Shown one piece after another: positions 59,638 through 64,000 of a DNA stretch of 64,000 nucleotides. The notes beneath the pieces are model-generated. The model did not search any database, was not told the origin of the DNA, and saw nothing but the letters and a program-made list of their open reading frames with translations. The stretch lies in NCBI GenBank assembly GCA_000433315.1, contig FR893375.1, forward strand, positions 10,718-74,717. The letters are read 5' to 3'. Position 1 is the stretch's first letter. Each line of letters opens with the position of its first letter. Origin of the DNA: Firmicutes bacterium CAG:345 (GTDB taxonomy: Bacteria; Bacillota_I; Bacilli_A; RFN20; CAG-288). Made by a program: the position numbers and the translations under genes.

Positions 59638-60670
59638 TACATACAATGTTCATAATGAAGAAGAAAACAATTCATTAAATATTAATATCAATTACGTTCG
59701 CCCAATTTTCCATCGCCGTGTATTAGCAAATATGATAGATTTTTTTATTTTTGCCTTCTTATGGCTTATCTCTTTTACAATAGCTGGAAACATAGCTAAA
59801 TCAACAAATTCTTATAAAGAAAAACAAAATTATATCAATACCATACATTTAAATAGTGATTTATATAAAATTGATAATACTGGAAAAATATATTCTGTTA
59901 TCTCATATTACAATCATTACCAATTAAACACTACCACACAAGAAAAGAATAAATTACGTGAACATATTGATAATTTTATTGTTTTCATTTCCAATGAATA
60001 TGGTGAAGAAAGCAAAGAAGAAATTCAAAAAATGTATGATGATTTTCGTCTTAATGATAATATGAAAGAAGATGGTATTCCTTATTTCATTGTTTCTGAT
60101 AATAAAATTATAGAAAATAATAATAGTGAAAATAATAATATAACACCAACAGATTATGTAAATATCTATACAAACTTTATAGATAATACTTGCAACGGAT
60201 ACCTTCTATCAATCGACAAAACATTATACGAATACACTTCTTTTTTATCAAAAACCATTATTTTTTGGGAATTAATACCAACATTTTTCTTTTCAGGTAT
60301 TCTAACGTGGCTAGTCCCACCATTAGTTTTTAAACGTGGTCGTAAAACAATTGGAAAACTCATATATAAAATAAGTGCTGTAAATTCAAAATATTTAAAT
60401 CTATCCATCGGAAAAACTATCGCAAGATTTTCCATTTTCTTTTTTGGAATAATCACACTATCTTTTGTAACTTTAGGTGTCCCGATGATTATATCATTTT
60501 CAATGATGGCTTTTTCTAAACAAAAACAAAGTTTTCCAGATTACATGTTAGGAATCTATGAAGTCAATACTTCCGAAGACAAAGTATATTTTTCAAAAGA
60601 AGAAATTATTTCAGAATATTTAAATAAAGACAACTCAGCAGAAGAGTTCAAAATGATAGATCGCCTTTAA
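59630..60670 (+). CDS. RDD-family membrane protein, tandem paralogue.
   Basis: HRRVLANMIDFFIFAFLWL, TM, insert, TMs, then FKRGRKTIGKLIYKI. Overlaps the upstream gene by 8 nt. Confidence 0.55.
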   Translation: MDNTYNVHNEEENNSLNININYVRPIFHRRVLANMIDFFIFAFLWLISFTIAGNIAKSTNSYKEKQNYINTIHLNSDLYKIDNTGKIYSVISYYNHYQLNTTTQEKNKLREHIDNFIVFISNEYGEESKEEIQKMYDDFRLNDNMKEDGIPYFIVSDNKIIENNNSENNNITPTDYVNIYTNFIDNTCNGYLLSIDKTLYEYTSFLSKTIIFWELIPTFFFSGILTWLVPPLVFKRGRKTIGKLIYKISAVNSKYLNLSIGKTIARFSIFFFGIITLSFVTLGVPMIISFSMMAFSKQKQSFPDYMLGIYEVNTSEDKVYFSKEEIISEYLNKDNSAEEFKMIDRL

Positions 60671-60791
60671 AAACAACTTTTAAAAAATACAAAAATGTTA
60701 CTTTAAAATTAGTTATTAATAATTATGTTATTTACTTCACATTCAAAAATTCTCATGTTATAATTATTAAGAACCTTAGGAGGTTGGATTT

Positions 60792-61454
60792 ATGTCAAGA
60801 GAAGAAAAAGATGCCCGTTATGTTAAAATTGCCCAAGATATCTGTGGAAAAATTTTAACTGGTGAATATCCTGAAGGAACACTTTTAAAAGGACGTTCTG
60901 TTTTAGGTGGATATTATGGTGTTTCTCCTGAAACAATGAGAAAAGCATTTGCAATTCTTTCAAGAGAAAAAATTGTTGAAATTAAAAGAGGTGTAGGTGT
61001 TTTCGTTGACTCAGCTCTACGTGCCCAACAATTCGCCGAAAAATGGAAATCAAAAACTCGTGTCAGCTCTAAATACGATACAATTAATGAAATCTTTGAA
61101 GAAAAGGCTGAACTAGATAAAAAATTAAATGAAGCTATAAAAGATTTACGTGATGCTTTCATGTTCCAAACAAATGAATCTGTCTCTTTCTCTGAAGTTG
61201 AAATTCCTGTCGGTTCCTGGATTGATGGCAAAACTATTGGTGAAGTATATTTTTGGAACTATACTGAAGCTACCATTGTTGCCGTTGTTACACCAATGTT
61301 AACTCAAACTTCTCCTGGCCCTGATTTTCCACTTCATGTCGGTGATAAACTCTTGTTTGTTGGAAAAGACTCTTTAAGTTTTGATCGTGTCTTATCATTC
61401 TTAACTTATGGTATCATCTCTGATGAAGAAGCAGAAGCTGAAACACAAGAATAA
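60792..61454 (+). CDS. GntR-family HTH regulator fused to a TrkA-C (RCK_C) domain.
   Basis: N-terminal YVKIAQDICGKILTGEYPEGTLL...VSPETMRKAFAILSREKIVEIKRGVGVFV is a GntR winged HTH. C-terminal EIPVGSWIDGKTIGEV...GDKLLFVGK is TrkA-C. RBS aggaggt. Confidence 0.75.
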   Translation: MSREEKDARYVKIAQDICGKILTGEYPEGTLLKGRSVLGGYYGVSPETMRKAFAILSREKIVEIKRGVGVFVDSALRAQQFAEKWKSKTRVSSKYDTINEIFEEKAELDKKLNEAIKDLRDAFMFQTNESVSFSEVEIPVGSWIDGKTIGEVYFWNYTEATIVAVVTPMLTQTSPGPDFPLHVGDKLLFVGKDSLSFDRVLSFLTYGIISDEEAEAETQE

Positions 61455-61466
61455 AATTATATAAAT

Positions 61467-61493
61467 AAAAACTGCCAAAAAGCAGTTTTTTTA
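61467..61493. terminator. Bidirectional rho-independent terminator.
   Basis: aaaaactgc-caaaaa-gcagttttt flanked by an A-run and a T-run. Confidence 0.75.
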
Positions 61494-61547
61494 TTTACAT
61501 TTTTTTCATAAAAAAACCTTAACTTTCGTTAAGGATTTTAAGGTGAA

Positions 61548-61781
61548 TTAATCAGCAAAAGTTAAGTGTCCAGTAAGGATTACCCAAATAAAATCAATCC
61601 AACCAAAGACAATACCACCGATTGTAACAGCAATAGCTAAAATAAGATTGACAATATCTTTCTTATTTAATGCTGCGCTCCAACGAACTACAACTTCGGT
61701 GACCCAGTTAACACCAGGAATGATTAAAAGAATGAGCTTAAGAATAAGACTAAGTTTATTAAATTCTTTATAAAGCATCAT
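61548..61781 (-). CDS. Small 2-TM membrane protein (77 aa), hypothetical.
   Basis: Two hydrophobic helices (LILKLILLIIPGVNWV; LILAIAVTIGGIVFGWIDFIWVIL). Confidence 0.45.
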   Translation of the reverse strand: MMLYKEFNKLSLILKLILLIIPGVNWVTEVVVRWSAALNKKDIVNLILAIAVTIGGIVFGWIDFIWVILTGHLTFAD

Positions 61782-61857
61782 TTATTCCTCCTTACATTAC
61801 AATATACCATATTAGCATTATTTTTAGAATATTTAATTCGATTTTATTTTATATAAT

Positions 61858-63072
61858 TTAATAATCCATAACTAATTTTCTGAAAGGCACTATTTTTTCT
61901 TTCTTTTTTTCATATATATATTTTTGAATTATTTTTCTTCCAAAACAGTTATTTAATATTTCATCTTCTTCTAAATACTTTAAAGACTCTAAAAGACCTT
62001 TAGGTAAAATATCATTTTCGTCTCCTTTTCTTAAAGGATGCTCTAAGCCATCAATACCGGCGGAAATAATTCCAGCTAATAAAAGATATAATTGTGCTGT
62101 ACTATCAACAAAACGCAGCTCAATTCTTGTTCGCGACTGTTTGGCACTAGGAATACGTATCGCAGCTTCTCTATCATTAAAAGAATAAAAAATACCACTA
62201 GGAGACTCTAAACCACTATGCAATCTCAAATATGAATTATCTATTGTCGCACTCAACGCAGTTAATGCTTTGATATGTCTTAAGATTCCATTTGTAAAAT
62301 TTATACCAAAATCAGAAAAATGATGTTCATTAGTTTCATCATAAAACATATTGTTTTTTTTGAAATTCCAAATCGAACAATTTATATGCATTCCAGATCC
62401 GGGAAGTCCCTTAAATGGTTTAGGCAAAAAAGTAGCAATACATTTATTTTTTAGTGCTGTTTCTTTTATTGTCTCTTTATAAATATAAAATGTATCAGCT
62501 ATACTCATAGGATCAGAAAAAAGATAATTAATTTCGTTTTGACCAGGTCCAACTTCATGGTGGAAAGATGAAACATTAAAATTTCTTTTTAAAAGGTTTT
62601 CGACACATATTTTTCTTAAATATGTTGATTTTTGATCCTGACGTATGGAAAAATAAGTTCCATCATCAATAGGATCAAGAGTCTCTTCATCGACAATATA
62701 AAATTCTGGCTCTATTCCGACATTCAAAAAATATCCTTTAGAATTTAATATTTTAATTTGTTTATTTAATATTTCACGTGGATCAAAAACTGTTGTTTCT
62801 TCATTTTCTTCTTGCAAAAAACCAAATATTTCCAATGTATTATCAGAAATGAAATAATGAGAATTTTCATCGAGACAAATTACTCTATCAGAATTATCAG
62901 CTGTTCCAATTCCACATAAAGATGATCCGTCACATTTAACAAGATTATTATAAATATCTTTTAAAGCTGATGCAGGAAATTCTATAGATCTTTTTTCTCC
63001 TAATATATCAACAATAGAAATTCGCAAAAAACTAATATTGTTTTCCCGAATTAACGAATTTAATATTTCCAT
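61858..63072 (-). CDS. glnA: Glutamine synthetase family protein (GlnA-like).
   Basis: N-terminal beta-grasp ISFLRISIVDILGEKRSIEFP...CDGSSL. Catalytic-domain motifs GMHINCSIW, ELRFVDSTAQLY, GIEPEFY. Start at MEILNSL with RBS gtagggg. Confidence 0.7.
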   Translation of the reverse strand: MEILNSLIRENNISFLRISIVDILGEKRSIEFPASALKDIYNNLVKCDGSSLCGIGTADNSDRVICLDENSHYFISDNTLEIFGFLQEENEETTVFDPREILNKQIKILNSKGYFLNVGIEPEFYIVDEETLDPIDDGTYFSIRQDQKSTYLRKICVENLLKRNFNVSSFHHEVGPGQNEINYLFSDPMSIADTFYIYKETIKETALKNKCIATFLPKPFKGLPGSGMHINCSIWNFKKNNMFYDETNEHHFSDFGINFTNGILRHIKALTALSATIDNSYLRLHSGLESPSGIFYSFNDREAAIRIPSAKQSRTRIELRFVDSTAQLYLLLAGIISAGIDGLEHPLRKGDENDILPKGLLESLKYLEEDEILNNCFGRKIIQKYIYEKKKEKIVPFRKLVMDY

Positions 63073-63118
63073 AATTTCCCCTACTATAAAAATTATGGGA
63101 ATACTCATATAATTAGAA

Positions 63119-63142
63119 CAAAAAAGGGGTGAACATCACCCC
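63119..63142 (-). terminator. Rho-independent terminator downstream of the ECF S-component gene.
   Basis: Minus-strand ggggtga-tgt-tcacccc followed by ttttttt. Confidence 0.75.
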
Positions 63143-63167
63143 ACAAAAAATTAATTGATAAAAATAC

Positions 63168-63812
63168 TTAACCTATAATTAATTGAACTTGCTTCGTCAT
63201 TTTTTGTAATGGAATATATAAAGCTCCACCAATAACTAATACAGCGGCTAAACTAATTGCATTATATGGAAGGTTATAATATACAAAAGAATAATAGAAT
63301 GGTTGCATATTATCAGGAGCATATTCTCCAAAAAGAAAAGCACCAGAAATAGAAGATGATAGATATTTAATTACAAATCCAAGAATTGCAGCAACGAAGA
63401 ATGACCAAGGTTTATTCTTATAATATAACTTTGAAAATAAACCACCCATTAATCCTATACCAGCAAAAGGAATAATATAATCAAGAAATACAGATGCCCA
63501 ATGATAAACAACACCATCCATCATAAGATTGATTAAACTATAACAAGCACCTACAACAAAACCATAAACAGGTCCTAAATAAAGTCCAGAAATAACTATT
63601 CCTAGCCCTTCAAGTGAGATAGAACCACCCTGTGGCATTTTTGGTAACCCATAAGTTAAAAAAGATAGTACAAAACTTAATGCCACAAATAAAGCAGACA
63701 TTGATAATTTTCTAATTTGTCGTCTAACTTTGTAACCATCAACACTTTTTGAATTAGGATGCTTAACAATCTTTTTTTCTTCTAATTCACTTTGCAAATT
63801 CTCTGTATCCAT
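63168..63812 (-). CDS. thiT: ECF transporter substrate-specific S component, probably thiamine-specific (ThiT-like) given the upstream TPP riboswitch.
   Basis: About 6 TM helices and of S-component size. Strong RBS aaggagg. TPP riboswitch immediately upstream. The EcfAA'T module is encoded at 31631..34207. Confidence 0.65.
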   Translation of the reverse strand: MDTENLQSELEEKKIVKHPNSKSVDGYKVRRQIRKLSMSALFVALSFVLSFLTYGLPKMPQGGSISLEGLGIVISGLYLGPVYGFVVGACYSLINLMMDGVVYHWASVFLDYIIPFAGIGLMGGLFSKLYYKNKPWSFFVAAILGFVIKYLSSSISGAFLFGEYAPDNMQPFYYSFVYYNLPYNAISLAAVLVIGGALYIPLQKMTKQVQLIIG

Positions 63813-63854
63813 TAAAAAACCTCCTTGAAAGCAAAGAGGCAAACAAAACAAAAT

Positions 63855-63945
63855 TATGTTATCTCTTCGCTAGCATTATCTAGATCAGATACGGTCGATT
63901 CAACATCAGAATCCTCTCAGCCTTATGTTTAAAGCTCCCATAAAA
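63855..63945 (-). promoter_or_regulatory. TPP (thiamine pyrophosphate) riboswitch.
   Basis: Minus-strand GGGAGC...GGCUGAGAGGAUUCUGAUGUUGAAUCGACCGUAUCUGAUCUAGAUAAUGCUAGCGAAGAGAU matches the THI-box consensus (CUGAGA ... ACCnnnnnCUGAUCUGGAUAAUGCCAGCGnAGGGA). Confidence 0.85.
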
Positions 63946-64000
63946 AGTATAATTTTTTACTCAATATTTTTCAAGATAATTTTATAATCCGTGCTTATCT

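Overview
This is a roughly 28% GC bacterial chromosome segment that uses the standard genetic code (TGA is a stop, Trp is TGG) with strong AGGAGG-type ribosome-binding sites. The gene content looks like a low-GC Firmicute (Bacilli/Erysipelotrichia-like) rather than a TGA-recoding Mollicute, and the window is mostly core genome. Main gene blocks, left to right:
- Two Ser-rich surface lipoproteins (171..1817 and 8759..11149) flanking an ABC importer (binding lipoprotein, fused two-domain permease, MalK-like ATPase), class II fructose-bisphosphate aldolase, an RDD-family membrane protein and a cytoplasmic SGNH hydrolase.
- A cytoplasmic SPFH (stomatin/flotillin-like) protein preceded by a ~520-bp ORF-free, promoter-bearing leader or ncRNA candidate.
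- The conserved rsmB-rlmN-stp-stk-rsgA-rpe operon. Here the RsmB homologue has lost both catalytic cysteines and the Ser/Thr kinase lacks the transmembrane and PASTA regions.
- def, an unannotated YjcZ-like small gene, and a ylbD-ylbE-ylbF cluster in which ylbE is interrupted by a frameshift in an A6 run.
- A membrane-anchored M6-like metalloprotease with a small cytoplasmic partner, and an aspartokinase-like protein with no ACT domains.
- A sporulation-type cluster yabO-yabP-yabQ-divIC-spoIIE-tilS.
- cls, a PHP phosphatase, truA, ecfT, ecfA2, ecfA1 and dCMP deaminase; yeeN and ung.
- Two tandem fused ABC ATPase/FtsX (MacB-type) proteins, then the complete atpIBEFHAGDC operon.
- A DapA-like protein, tRNA-Val and tRNA-Thr with their own promoter and terminator, degV, a lipid kinase plus plsC, yitT, and a LolD/FtsX ABC pair.
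- Two tandem RDD paralogues, a GntR/TrkA-C regulator, a glutamine-synthetase-like gene, and a TPP-riboswitch-controlled ECF S component (ThiT-like).
No CRISPR array, transposase or integrase was seen. The most unusual items are the RsmB pseudoenzyme, the ylbE frameshift, the structured leader upstream of the SPFH gene, the inverted repeat that overlaps the atpC stop and the downstream ABC gene's GTG start, and the domain architectures of the Ser-rich lipoproteins.
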